A stretch of DNA of 64,000 nt from Eubacteriales bacterium (GTDB lineage: Bacteria; Bacillota; Clostridia; Oscillospirales; CAG-272). A program made the position numbers and the translations under genes. Location: NCBI GenBank assembly GCA_045546375.1, contig JAZQCR010000128.1:192-64191 (forward strand), given 5' to 3'. The number at the start of each line of letters is the position of its first letter. Positions within the stretch are counted from its first letter, which is position 1. Positions 17,456 to 27,647 of this stretch are shown in pieces. The notes beneath the pieces were generated by a model, which made no database searches, was not told where the DNA came from, and worked only from the letters and a program-made list of their open reading frames with translations.

Positions 17456-20395
17456 ATGATAAAACACATAAAGCGAGGGGTGGTGGCAGCCACCCTTGTT
17501 TTTATGATACTTACACTGATGCTTCCTGTCTGCGGATTGCAGTGGATAGGATCATCAACAGGCGGCGGAGGCGGAGGGACAGCCGCTGAGCCTGATGGCT
17601 ACGCTGTTCGTACTACGGCAGATAACTGTATCGGGTATCGGTTCAGTATAGTGGATAAAACAGGCGCCAATAAGGTGAGCAAGGTAATCGATGTGTTCCG
17701 CGACACCTCAAATGGTACCTACGCATATTCCACGGCATATAAGTTTGCGACTAAATACAATAAGAAACAGCTAATAGGTTACCAGAATGGTAGCTTTTCT
17801 ACATCCAAGACTACTACCAACTGTTATAAAGAAGCGAATATGGGATTAGCAGACACTCTGCCTACACCTGCAGGCATGGAGACCTGGCAGGCAAGCTATA
17901 ATAATTTGAACGCGGTGTTGACTAAACTTGGAGCAGGTAGCGTAAGCACTCTTAATAGCGGGGACAAGATTCTGGTGGAGCCGTTATATGACGTTTCCTT
18001 GCAGGGAACGTATCACAGTGTCACGGTAACCGAGATAGCCATATACGGAAAACACTTGTTGGGCTCATCAAGTGACGGTGGTTGGAGTTATACAAGTGCA
18101 TCGTGGGGCTTTATTGCGGAGTATACCAATATGCACTATCCCAATTCTCTGTATACCACAAACGGTATGGGATTGTGGTCGAATGCAACAGCCCTTGATG
18201 GCCGGGAAACGTTCTATAATATTATCAATAGCGGGTATGGCGTAGGCATAGCGTATATAGAGACGAAAGCCGAGTTCTCGCCTAATCTTTCTATCTATTG
18301 TTGTGAAGCATGGCAGGGGAATTCGGGTAGCAAGACAAAGCACTTCGGTACAAGTTATGGATCAACTGCCGCAGAATTTACTCTCGGCAAGGGTTATCCG
18401 ATCATGGGGGATAAAATATGGTTTTATATACATTTTCCAAAGGAAAGTGAGAACTGTTACGTAAAGCAAACGGTATGGATAGAGGGTGGCGGCTCCACCT
18501 CGCGAAAGATCTATACAAACAGCGGTACGTGGTATGCAGTAGGACTATCTCCCGCTACAGTTCCCGAGAGCGCTGAGTCATATATCGTTAAAGCGAGGGT
18601 AGACTGGATCAACAGCGACGGCACTGTCAAAAAGTACGGGGCCCAAAAGACATTCTATATACCGATCCGACCTAAGATCAATAGATATCAGGTGTCTATG
18701 TTTGGAATAACAGGGGCACGGGTGGCTTACAGCGGCAGCACCGGCACTAACGGTGCTGTTTATATAGGCCAACAGGTACGCGCCAAGTATAAGTACACTT
18801 CAGATAATTCATGGACGTCGTATAATAATCTATGGGCGGCTATGCATAAGTGGAGCTCTTCCTCGGGCGACTGGGTAAGAGTGTTACAAAATGATCCCGA
18901 ATACGGGGATACGGACGGTAAGTACAGTAAAGCAGCTTTATCTAAAACCACGTCAAAGACTTTAGACAGTTATCTTGGATACGTGACTGTTCCTGACAAT
19001 AGCGGGGCTCCCGAGGGTAATTGCATGCACTTTAAGATGACCACCAAGTGGGCATATGACCCCGTCAATACGGCAGAGAGCACGTGGATAGATATCCCTA
19101 TCCTTATCGCTGATGTGGAACTGAGCAATATTCGTCTGATAGGCGAAGATGGCAACTACGTGGATCCTCATGAGCTGTATGCAGGGCAAAAGATAACGGT
19201 GCAGTATACGTATAAGAATAATACGGGTTGTACAGTGTACGTTAACGGCTATGACAATGAAGCAAACAGGATATCCGGCATTTATTCGATCCCAAAGAAT
19301 GGAGCCATTAACGTAAACGGATATACCTTTGAGGTTCCGAGGGTAAGGCATTTTCAGTTATGGGGCGGTGTATATCTTGACGGCGTTCCCATTTATGATA
19401 CCGGATACGAGTCTAATGGAGATAATAACGAGATGTATCTCGACTGTGTAGTTACGATACCGTTGACACTGGAGCCTATTGCACCAAATGCGTCTTATAG
19501 GGAAAGCACCGACGTAATAACCAGCTATTGGCTTAACAATCCGTCCATCGCCGACTATACGCCGTATGATGGAATAACCTTGCAGTTCGAGGTATATACC
19601 GTTCAGGGGGAGCTCATCAGCTTTACTGAAAAGGATGCCATTGTGCCTAAAGAGGCAAAGAATCTCGTGTATTTCAAGTGGACTGTTCCCGAGAGCGTAA
19701 GTGAAGATAAGGTTGTGATTGTAGCCAAGCTTTATCAGGAAGGTGTTCTTTATCATCAGGTGAGTAGGGAATATGACACCATTCCGTACGAGTATTACGT
19801 TACCCCGGATACTAATTATGAGGACTCTGCTCCCGAAGGCTTCTCTGTACCGGATAAGCCCATTAACCGTCTCGGATACGCTACCTGGCATGAGTATGCA
19901 TATGTGTATGAAACAGGTACCTTTGAAGACAGGGAATACGGCATCGGAGTTTCTATAAATGTAAAAGATGTGTTCCTACCTGTCGAAGAGTTTAACGAAG
20001 GCAGCGACGATGCACCTGTAATGAAATCCGGATATGCCGTTACGGTTACAGCAAAACAGAGAATGAGCGCTGTGGGCTATACTTATTTTCCCGGCTCTAA
20101 GGCATATACCAAGGATCAGTATGTTTACGTTATATTCCCCGAATATGGATATAGCTCAGGTGAGGGTGTAAGCAGAACTATGATAAAGTCGGGCAGTGAA
20201 TGGAGCTTGCCAGGGAATGGAAGTTATGGTAACGTGCACTTCACGCCTTTATACTATCCCGATACAGAGTATTATATCGCCATAATAAAAAGCGATTGTT
20301 GGACTCCTGCTGGTATGATATGGTCAAGGGTAAGACCGACTGCTATTACCATAAAGGGTGCCGCATATGATGACTGGTATGTGGGGAGGCAGTAG
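17456..20395 (+). CDS. Large secreted or surface protein (979 aa), function unknown
   Basis: An N-terminal signal/TM segment (VVAATLVFMILTLMLPVCG) is followed by a Gly run (GGGGGG). The rest is beta-rich and aromatic/Ser/Thr/Gly/Asn-rich, typical of adhesin-like proteins. No catalytic motif recognised. Confidence 0.7.
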   Translation: MIKHIKRGVVAATLVFMILTLMLPVCGLQWIGSSTGGGGGGTAAEPDGYAVRTTADNCIGYRFSIVDKTGANKVSKVIDVFRDTSNGTYAYSTAYKFATKYNKKQLIGYQNGSFSTSKTTTNCYKEANMGLADTLPTPAGMETWQASYNNLNAVLTKLGAGSVSTLNSGDKILVEPLYDVSLQGTYHSVTVTEIAIYGKHLLGSSSDGGWSYTSASWGFIAEYTNMHYPNSLYTTNGMGLWSNATALDGRETFYNIINSGYGVGIAYIETKAEFSPNLSIYCCEAWQGNSGSKTKHFGTSYGSTAAEFTLGKGYPIMGDKIWFYIHFPKESENCYVKQTVWIEGGGSTSRKIYTNSGTWYAVGLSPATVPESAESYIVKARVDWINSDGTVKKYGAQKTFYIPIRPKINRYQVSMFGITGARVAYSGSTGTNGAVYIGQQVRAKYKYTSDNSWTSYNNLWAAMHKWSSSSGDWVRVLQNDPEYGDTDGKYSKAALSKTTSKTLDSYLGYVTVPDNSGAPEGNCMHFKMTTKWAYDPVNTAESTWIDIPILIADVELSNIRLIGEDGNYVDPHELYAGQKITVQYTYKNNTGCTVYVNGYDNEANRISGIYSIPKNGAINVNGYTFEVPRVRHFQLWGGVYLDGVPIYDTGYESNGDNNEMYLDCVVTIPLTLEPIAPNASYRESTDVITSYWLNNPSIADYTPYDGITLQFEVYTVQGELISFTEKDAIVPKEAKNLVYFKWTVPESVSEDKVVIVAKLYQEGVLYHQVSREYDTIPYEYYVTPDTNYEDSAPEGFSVPDKPINRLGYATWHEYAYVYETGTFEDREYGIGVSINVKDVFLPVEEFNEGSDDAPVMKSGYAVTVTAKQRMSAVGYTYFPGSKAYTKDQYVYVIFPEYGYSSGEGVSRTMIKSGSEWSLPGNGSYGNVHFTPLYYPDTEYYIAIIKSDCWTPAGMIWSRVRPTAITIKGAAYDDWYVGRQ

Positions 20396-20725
20396 ATGAA
20401 AAAGGTATATCTGTGCTTTCCGTTTGACGGTAAAAAGTCTCTTGAAGACACAGACAGATATGTGAAATATGCGATACTTTGCGGTGCTGCTCCGGTAGCA
20501 CCGCATCTTTATGCCCACTGCGTAGACTGCAGTTCATGTGAAGATAGGCAGAGGATCTGCGAAGTGGGACGAAGCCTTTTGTGGTTTTGTGATGAGCTGT
20601 GGGTATTCGGAGATATTTTGACACCAAGAATGGCGGAAGATATACGCTTTTGTGAGAGCCTTAATATCCGAATAAATTACGTGAATGAAAAAGAAGTATG
20701 TAGAATAACAGGAGGTACAAAGTGA
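20396..20725 (+). CDS. Hypothetical protein, possibly DUF4406 / nucleoside 2-deoxyribosyltransferase-like
   Basis: The ORF starts 1 nt after the upstream stop. The resemblance is weak (KVYLCFPF...APVAPHLY...LWVFGD). Confidence 0.45.
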   Translation: MKKVYLCFPFDGKKSLEDTDRYVKYAILCGAAPVAPHLYAHCVDCSSCEDRQRICEVGRSLLWFCDELWVFGDILTPRMAEDIRFCESLNIRINYVNEKEVCRITGGTK

Positions 20726-21054
20726 AGACAAAAGTGTTTAGAGCGGCCGTTTATGTTACTCTTTTGTGCTGTTTAATTGCCGTGTTGTCAATTAGCACAT
20801 TTGCCGCAGGCGACGTTGCGGGTGCGGTGGAAAACACGTGGAACTCGGCGCAAGGGCAGGTCAAGACGGTCGTAAATAACGTAGTGTTCCCGGTGGTGGA
20901 TATGATCCTCACTGTTCTTTTCTTTGTGAAGCTGGGAACAGCGTATTTTGATTACCGTAAGCACGGTCAGTTTGAGTTTACCGCACCGTGTATTCTGTTC
21001 GCTTGCCTTATCTTTACACTTACCGCACCTTTATATATCTGGACCATCTTATAA
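20722..21054 (+). CDS. Small membrane protein, VirB2/TrbC-like candidate
   Basis: A signal-like N-terminus ending FAAG plus two hydrophobic helices, located at the head of the T4SS gene block. GTG start. Confidence 0.4.
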   Translation: MKTKVFRAAVYVTLLCCLIAVLSISTFAAGDVAGAVENTWNSAQGQVKTVVNNVVFPVVDMILTVLFFVKLGTAYFDYRKHGQFEFTAPCILFACLIFTLTAPLYIWTIL

Positions 21055-21082
21055 GGACAGGTTATTTAAAGGAGGTGGTTAA

Positions 21083-22011
21083 ATGTTTGATTGGGTAGAG
21101 GACCTGATCGATGCGGTAGTTGAAACCATACAAGAAGCGTTTGAATTCTTAGGTACACAGGTATCCAATGCCATATGGAATACCATGCTCAAATGGTTTT
21201 ATGAGACCATATATGACGCGGTAGCGGATTTCTTTGCGCTGATGGGAAACATGGGTGCAGATATTTTTGAGCTTGACTGGGTAAAGGCAACGGTGATGCT
21301 GTTTACCTTGTTTGGCTGGCTCTTTTTGTGGCGGGTATGGTAGTCGCCATATTTGACGTTGCTATAGAGTACCAAAACGGCAGAGGAGATATAAAGGCTG
21401 TTGCGATAAATATCCTCAAGGGCTTTTTTGCATGCTCGCTGATAGGTGTTGTACCCATAGAGCTGTATAAATACTGCATCAGTTTGCAGAATACATTTTC
21501 AAGGGACTTAACCGCTATGTTTGCAAACGGGCAATCGGTGGACCTGGCAGGTCAGAGCTCAAGTGTGCTGGTAGGTAGCTTCGCTGTGGGAAGTAATATA
21601 GGTTTCAGCTTGTTTAACATCCTTGCCCTCATAGCATTTGCCTATTGTGTTGTGAAGATATTCTTCCAGAACATTAAGCGCGGAGGTATATTGCTAATAC
21701 AGATGGCAGTAGGAGCTCTGTATATGTTCTCGGTGCCGAGAGGATATACAGACGGGTTTATACAGTGGATGAAGCAGGTTGCGGCTATATGTCTTACCGC
21801 TTTCATGCAGACTACGCTGTTATTCTTGGGATTACTTACGTTCCCGGGGAACATGCTTCTGGGGCTTGGCATAATGCTTGCGGCAAATGAGGTGCCCAGA
21901 ATCGCACAACAGTTCGGTCTTGATTCCAGCGTTAAGGTCAATATGATGAGCGTAGTGCACGCAACCTCAACGGCCGTCAATCTTACAAGATCAGTGGCGC
22001 GGGCAAGATAA
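21083..22011 (+). pseudogene. VirB6/TrbL-like polytopic membrane protein read in two frames (21083..21343 and 21328..22011): either a frameshift at a T5 run or two overlapping genes
   Basis: Both parts are hydrophobic and multi-TM. The frames switch at CTCTTTTTGTGGCGGG (T5 at 21323-21327). One extra T would read ...FGWLFFVAGMVVAIF... continuously. Confidence 0.5.
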
Positions 22012-22029
22012 TGAGAGGAGGTAATACGG

Positions 22030-22290
22030 ATGAATGAATATTTGTATCCGCAGAACTTGAGAGCCAAGGCAAATCTGTGGTTTTGGAGTTTGCGGGACTT
22101 CTGTATACTTGGTATTGCCGCCTTACTGTCGGTGATAATGCTGGTGCAGTTTGCATTCTTGCTGCCTGCCGCATTAACGCTGGGATACGGATTTCTGACC
22201 ATACGTATGGATGATGCTACGGTTATGGACTATATACGTTACGCGGTCAGGTATTTATTAACTACACAGCAGTATTACGAATGGAGGTAG
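22030..22290 (+). CDS. PrgI-family / VirB3-like small membrane protein
   Basis: An 86-aa protein with the pattern LWFWSLRDFCILGIAALLSVIMLV, sited immediately upstream of VirB4 as is usual in Firmicutes T4SS loci. Confidence 0.5.
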   Translation: MNEYLYPQNLRAKANLWFWSLRDFCILGIAALLSVIMLVQFAFLLPAALTLGYGFLTIRMDDATVMDYIRYAVRYLLTTQQYYEWR

Positions 22291-22291
22291 T

Positions 22292-22885
22292 ATGGATATG
22301 CTAAATGTGCAGAAAAGAAAAAGAGGAGATTCGGTACAGGATCTCATAGGTATAAAGTCTTTTACCAATTACGGGCTTGCCACGTCAAAGGGCGAGCTTT
22401 TGTTTTATCTTGTGGTTCCGACCAATATCTCGGTCTTATCTCCAATGAGTATAGAAACTAAGGTAAGACACTTAATGATGGTCTTATCATCTATCCCGGA
22501 TATAGAGATAAGCTGTACCGACTCTTCCGAGTGTTTTGATGATAACAAGGCATATTTGAAAAAGCGAATCGAGGAAGAAGAGAACCCTAAGGTAAGAAAG
22601 CTTCTTGAGAAAGACGTTATGTTTTTGGATCAGATACAGGTAGAGATGGCTACCGCAAGACAGTTTCTTTTTATAGCAAGATGTAAGGCCAAAAAGCCCG
22701 AGCAGGTGTTCCAGACCACCAACCGCGTTGAAAAAGTAATATCCGAGCAAGGCTTTGAGGTAAGGAGAATGAGGAAGGAAGATATCAAGCGCTTTCTTGC
22801 TCTGTATTTTGATGCAAGCCTCAGCGGTGAGCAGATGGCAGATATAGACGGAGAACAGTATTTTGAGGTGATGGAAGATGAGTAA
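22292..22885 (+). CDS. Probable detached N-terminal domain of VirB4
   Basis: SVQDLIGIKSFTNYGLATSKGELLFYLVVPTNISVLSP resembles the N-terminus of Firmicutes VirB4/TraE-type ATPases. It joins the ATPase gene through an ATGAGTAA overlap. Confidence 0.5.
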   Translation: MDMLNVQKRKRGDSVQDLIGIKSFTNYGLATSKGELLFYLVVPTNISVLSPMSIETKVRHLMMVLSSIPDIEISCTDSSECFDDNKAYLKKRIEEEENPKVRKLLEKDVMFLDQIQVEMATARQFLFIARCKAKKPEQVFQTTNRVEKVISEQGFEVRRMRKEDIKRFLALYFDASLSGEQMADIDGEQYFEVMEDE

Positions 22886-24773
22886 GATTTTATACGGACA
22901 GAGAAAAGACCCTAAACTGAGAAAACGCAAGTTTTCCGGCATGATGAAAAGAGACCCGAAGGTGATGACACCTAAGCAGGCGGAAGAGGCACGCACCAAA
23001 GATTTCTTTGACTGCATTCTGCCCGGGACGGTAAAGTTTATGTCCGACCACTATATAGTGGGGGACAGCTACCGTTGTGTATGGGCTATACGGGAGTATC
23101 CGCCATCCACGGAAGAGCAGGCGATACTATCGCAGTTGGCAGACAGAAACGGTGTTACTATTAGGATATATAACCGACTAGTTGAGCCTATGGAGCAGAG
23201 AAAGATAATTCAGAATGCGACCAGGCGAAATACCATGAAGAGGGGAGGCTCGGATATGAATGATACTATCGAAGCCGAAGGTAACCTTCAGGATGTTATC
23301 GAGCTTCTTGCCAATCTGAGAAAAAACAGGGAACCGCTTCTGCATTGCTCTGTATTTATGGAATTAAAGGCAAAGAGTATGGACGCCCTGAAGGAACTGC
23401 AAAGCGAGATAGCAATGGAGCTCACACGGTCAAAACTGTCCGTGGACAGATTGACTCTTCGCCAGAAGGAAGGTTTTATTTCTGTTCTTCCGGTGGGGTC
23501 AAATATGTTTGGTGCCCAGTATGAGCGAGTGCTGCCTGCATCAAGTGTTGCTAATCTTTACCCGTTTAACTTCTCGGGTAAAACCGATCCCAAAGGAATA
23601 TATATCGGCAGAGATAAGTACGGAACAAATATCCTCGTAGACTTTGACCGTAGAGCAGAGGATAAGACCACGAGTAATATTCTTATTCTCGGAAACTCGG
23701 GACAAGGAAAATCCTATCTTTTAAAGCTTATTCTTTCCAACATACGTGAGTCGGGAAAGAGTGTTATATGTCTTGATCCTGAGGCAGAATATGAGGAACT
23801 GTGTTCAGCCATGGGCGGTTGCTATATAGATTTCCTTTCGGGAGAGCATATCATTAACCCCCTTGAGCCCAAAGCTTGGGCAGACGGTTTTGATGAGATA
23901 GATTCCGAAACTCCCGATGCTTTCAGAAAGGCAACTCGTCTTTCACAGCATATTGCGTTTCTTAAGGATTTTTTCAGAAGCTATAAGGACTTTACCGATA
24001 GTCAGATAGATACTATCGAGATGCTTTTAGCAAAGCTGTATGCTCGCTTTGGTATTACGGACTGTACCGATTATAGCAAGATGAAGCCCACGGATTTTCC
24101 CATCATGTCGGATTTCTATAAGCTGTGCGAAGAGGAGTTTATGACCTATGATAAGCAGAGAAAATATTTATATACCGAGCAGACCCTGCAGGAGGTCTGC
24201 CTTGGCATAAACAGTATGTGCGTGGGAGCGGAGAGCAGATTCTTTAACGGTCATACTAATATAAGCGATAACGCATTTCTCTGCTTTGGTGTGAAGGGGC
24301 TAATGGATACCAATAAGCGGCTGAAGGATGCTATGCTTTTTAACATCCTGTCCTTTATGAGTAATCAGCTCTTAGGAAAGGGAAATACTGCCGCATCGAT
24401 AGATGAGCTGTATCTGTTCCTCACCAATATGACTGCTATCGAGTATATACGAAACGCAATGAAGCGTGTGCGTAAAAAGGACTCTTCAATTATTCTCGCA
24501 AGCCAGAATATTGAGGACTTTTTGATTCCGAACATACGTGAATACACAAAGCCATTGTTTAGTATCCCTACTCATCAGTTTTTGTTCAACGCCGGACAGA
24601 TAAACCCGAAAGAGTTTATGGATGCACTGCAGGTAGAGCAAAGTGAGTTTGACCTTATTAAATATCCCGAGCGGGGAACGTGCTTTTACAGATGCGGTAA
24701 TGAACGGTATCTTTTACAGGTAATAGCTCCCGAGTATAAGTCAGCACTCTTTGGAAAGGCTGGTGGCAGGTAA
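22878..24773 (+). CDS. VirB4-family type IV secretion ATPase (C-terminal and ATPase part)
   Basis: Walker A LILGNSGQGKSYLLK and Walker B region AASIDELYLF. Size and context match a conjugative VirB4. Confidence 0.9.
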   Translation: MSKILYGQRKDPKLRKRKFSGMMKRDPKVMTPKQAEEARTKDFFDCILPGTVKFMSDHYIVGDSYRCVWAIREYPPSTEEQAILSQLADRNGVTIRIYNRLVEPMEQRKIIQNATRRNTMKRGGSDMNDTIEAEGNLQDVIELLANLRKNREPLLHCSVFMELKAKSMDALKELQSEIAMELTRSKLSVDRLTLRQKEGFISVLPVGSNMFGAQYERVLPASSVANLYPFNFSGKTDPKGIYIGRDKYGTNILVDFDRRAEDKTTSNILILGNSGQGKSYLLKLILSNIRESGKSVICLDPEAEYEELCSAMGGCYIDFLSGEHIINPLEPKAWADGFDEIDSETPDAFRKATRLSQHIAFLKDFFRSYKDFTDSQIDTIEMLLAKLYARFGITDCTDYSKMKPTDFPIMSDFYKLCEEEFMTYDKQRKYLYTEQTLQEVCLGINSMCVGAESRFFNGHTNISDNAFLCFGVKGLMDTNKRLKDAMLFNILSFMSNQLLGKGNTAASIDELYLFLTNMTAIEYIRNAMKRVRKKDSSIILASQNIEDFLIPNIREYTKPLFSIPTHQFLFNAGQINPKEFMDALQVEQSEFDLIKYPERGTCFYRCGNERYLLQVIAPEYKSALFGKAGGR

Positions 24774-25795
24774 TGGCAGCTTCTGCGGCTATGGCGGCTG
24801 CGCTAAAAAAAGCGGCGGTATACGTAGCCACCGACAAGAAGGCTTTAAAGGCGGTATGCGGTATAGTGTGCGGTATTATCGTCATCATAGTTATGCCGAT
24901 AGCGGCATTGCTGGGTATATTCTGCGGCAATATTGAGTTTGACACTGACCGCCTACATGAGATGATACAAGCAGACAATACTGCCGCAGGCGAGAAGTGG
25001 TCAGAGGTGGAAAGCGCTATGACGGAAGCCGGATATGATCATATGAGGATATGTGAGGCGCAGTTGCTTTTCACATACGCTCTTTATGACCATGTGAGCG
25101 ATGACGACTTTGCAGGCAGATTCGTATCATGCTTTGCTGCCGAACAGACGGATGAGGAGCTTATTGGTGCTGTCAATACGGAGTTCGGAACAGAAATAGC
25201 AGTTGAAGATTTCACCAACTCCACGGCAAGTATGCGAAGCACATACATTAAGGTGGATGATTATGTGGACCCTACCACGAAGAATAACCTGGATCTGGTC
25301 AAGTGGGCGGTGTTTGCGGCGGAGAAAGGCTGGGGTTACGTGTACGGTACCTACGGGGCGGTGCTTAACGAAAGTCTTCTTGAGAGCAAGGCTACGCAAT
25401 ACCCTGATGAGGTAGGCGCAAACAGGGAGTTTATAGAAGAAGCCTGGATGGGGAAACGAGTCGTTGACTGTGTTGGATTAATCAAGGGCTACTCCTGGTA
25501 TGATGTTAATTCACAGAATATCATATACGTCACAAACGGCATGGCAGACGTGGGAACCGACAGTATGTACAACGATGCTACCGAAAAGGGAACCATAGAC
25601 ACCATTCCTGAGATACCCGGAATAGCAGTATGGCACCAGGGACATATAGGGATTTACATAGGTAACGGAGAGGTCGTGCATGCCATTAATACCGAAGCAG
25701 GAGTCACTCGTGAAGAAATAGGGAATACCCCATGGACCCATTGGCTCAAGATACCGAACATACAGTACGTAGAGCCGGAGGGAGAGGAACAATAA
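24773..25795 (+). CDS. Membrane-anchored NlpC/P60 (C40) cell-wall hydrolase, functional VirB1 analogue
   Basis: An N-terminal TM helix. The C-terminal VDCVGLIKGY (catalytic Cys) and GHIGIYIGNGEVVHA (catalytic His) are typical of NlpC/P60. Confidence 0.85.
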   Translation: MAASAAMAAALKKAAVYVATDKKALKAVCGIVCGIIVIIVMPIAALLGIFCGNIEFDTDRLHEMIQADNTAAGEKWSEVESAMTEAGYDHMRICEAQLLFTYALYDHVSDDDFAGRFVSCFAAEQTDEELIGAVNTEFGTEIAVEDFTNSTASMRSTYIKVDDYVDPTTKNNLDLVKWAVFAAEKGWGYVYGTYGAVLNESLLESKATQYPDEVGANREFIEEAWMGKRVVDCVGLIKGYSWYDVNSQNIIYVTNGMADVGTDSMYNDATEKGTIDTIPEIPGIAVWHQGHIGIYIGNGEVVHAINTEAGVTREEIGNTPWTHWLKIPNIQYVEPEGEEQ

Positions 25796-25818
25796 AGAAT
25801 AAGAAAGGATAAAGGAAG

Positions 25819-26391
25819 ATGAGTACCCGTAGTTTTATAGCTAAGCAAATAGGTGCGGACACCTACCGCACGATATATTGTCACAGCGATGGTTATCTAA
25901 CGTATAACGGTGCGTTGTTACTTGATAGGTATAACTCGGAAGATATGGTAGATAAGCTTTTAGCGCTTGGTGATATATCTTATCTTGGTCTCGAGCTTGA
26001 GCCGGATCCGTCCAAACCTCATTCGTACAACTTTGATGAACGACAAGCGGGGGTGACCCTGGCATACGGACGAGACAGAGGAGAGAAGAACATTGACGCA
26101 AGAAATATGTCACTAAAGAAACTTGATGATCCCTATAACTGGACTGAATACGTATATATCTATTCCAAAGAAGGAGTATGGAAGTATTTTGAGGCGGGGC
26201 ATTCAGGTGAAGGCTTGCGCGATGTAAAGGATGATCTTAATGCAGAGTATGCGCGGTACGGAATTAAGCGCCCTGAAGGATATTACGGCTTTTTAAGTGA
26301 GGGTATTGTTGAGGAGATGAAAGAGCAAGCGCAAGGGGAGTATGAAGAACTTGGGGGCGAAGAACGGCCTTTAAGTCTGGAGGTGAGATAA
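25819..26391 (+). CDS. Hypothetical protein (190 aa)
   Basis: ORF with RBS AAAGGAAG. No motif recognised. Confidence 0.6.
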   Translation: MSTRSFIAKQIGADTYRTIYCHSDGYLTYNGALLLDRYNSEDMVDKLLALGDISYLGLELEPDPSKPHSYNFDERQAGVTLAYGRDRGEKNIDARNMSLKKLDDPYNWTEYVYIYSKEGVWKYFEAGHSGEGLRDVKDDLNAEYARYGIKRPEGYYGFLSEGIVEEMKEQAQGEYEELGGEERPLSLEVR

Positions 26392-26627
26392 TGAAAACCG
26401 CAACGGTAAATGTATCATTTGACGAGGAAAAGTTATCCGCGCTTCGTTTATATCTCGAACAAAAAGGGTTGTCTTTGGAAGACGAGCTTGTAACAGCCCT
26501 TGAAACGATGTATTCAAAGAATGTGCCCAATATGGTAAAGGATTTTATCTCCATGCGCTCGGGAATACTTGAAGCTACGGGCAGGCGTAAGCCTAAGGCC
26601 ATTCCCGATGAGGGCTCAAGCAAGTGA
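26391..26627 (+). CDS. Small hypothetical protein (78 aa)
   Basis: ORF coupled on both sides by ATGA/GTGA overlaps. Confidence 0.5.
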   Translation: MKTATVNVSFDEEKLSALRLYLEQKGLSLEDELVTALETMYSKNVPNMVKDFISMRSGILEATGRRKPKAIPDEGSSK

Positions 26628-27634
26628 GGACACAACGCTTCGGAATAGAAATAGAGATGACCGGCATCACTCGCGCTACTGCAGCGAAAGTGATCGCCGG
26701 TCACTTTAATGCTTCCGCAACTCACGTGGGCGGTGTTTATGATAGCTATGTTGTGAGGGATAATACGGGCAGACAATGGAATGTTGTAAGCGACAGTTCT
26801 ATTGAATGTCAGACGCGAAGAGGTGCTACGTACAACAGAGAATATGCCGTGGAATTTGTATCTCCCATATGCAAGTACGAGGACATTCCCACGATACAGG
26901 AGCTTATACGTTCACTTCGCTCAGCGGGTGCAAAGGTTAACAGCTCCTGTGGTATACACGTGCACGTGGATGCCTCGACACATGATGTTAAGACTCTGCG
27001 CAATATTGTCAATATCATGGCTTCCAAAGAGGATCTGCTATATAAAGCACTTCAGGTGCGCCCTGAGCGTGAAGAGGACTATTGTAAGAAAGCGGATACA
27101 CGTTTTCTTGATGCGCTGAATGGTAGGCGACCGAAGACGATGGAGCAGCTTGAGAATCTATGGTATAACGGCAGAACGGGCAGATACAGCCATTATGATC
27201 ATTCCCGTTATCACGCGCTTAATCTGCATAGTGTGTTCAGCAAGGGGACTATAGAGTTCAGGCTGTTTAATTCCACCCTTCATGCAGGCGAGGTGAAGTC
27301 ATACATACAGTTGTGCCTTGCAATAAGTCATCAGGCATTGGTGCAGAGGGGAGCTTCAAGAGCCAAGACTCATAGTGAAAATGAGAAGTATACCTTCAGA
27401 ACATGGCTTTTGCGCCTTGGTATGATCGGTGATGAATTCAAAACTGCGCGTATGCATTTATTAAAGAATCTGGACGGCAATATTGCGTGGAGAGATCCCG
27501 CTCAGGCAGAGGCTCAAAAGCAACGAATGGCAGAACAGCGGATGCTTGATGAGAGAAGAGACGAAATATTTCCGGGGGACGAGGACGTGAGAGAAATGGT
27601 GACTCGCGAATCTGGTCCCATTATGATGATGTGA
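26624..27634 (+). CDS. Amidoligase-family protein (glutamine-synthetase-like fold, PF12224-like)
   Basis: RFGIEIEMTG, CGIHVHVD and TIEFRLFNSTLH match the conserved amidoligase blocks. Confidence 0.8.
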   Translation: MRTQRFGIEIEMTGITRATAAKVIAGHFNASATHVGGVYDSYVVRDNTGRQWNVVSDSSIECQTRRGATYNREYAVEFVSPICKYEDIPTIQELIRSLRSAGAKVNSSCGIHVHVDASTHDVKTLRNIVNIMASKEDLLYKALQVRPEREEDYCKKADTRFLDALNGRRPKTMEQLENLWYNGRTGRYSHYDHSRYHALNLHSVFSKGTIEFRLFNSTLHAGEVKSYIQLCLAISHQALVQRGASRAKTHSENEKYTFRTWLLRLGMIGDEFKTARMHLLKNLDGNIAWRDPAQAEAQKQRMAEQRMLDERRDEIFPGDEDVREMVTRESGPIMMM

Positions 27635-27647
27635 AGGAGCTGGTATT

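Noticed and set aside
21642-22202. 186-aa minus-strand ORF opposite the VirB6-like and PrgI-like genes
   Set aside because: It is antisense to two hydrophobic + strand genes within a strictly co-directional operon and has no start context.
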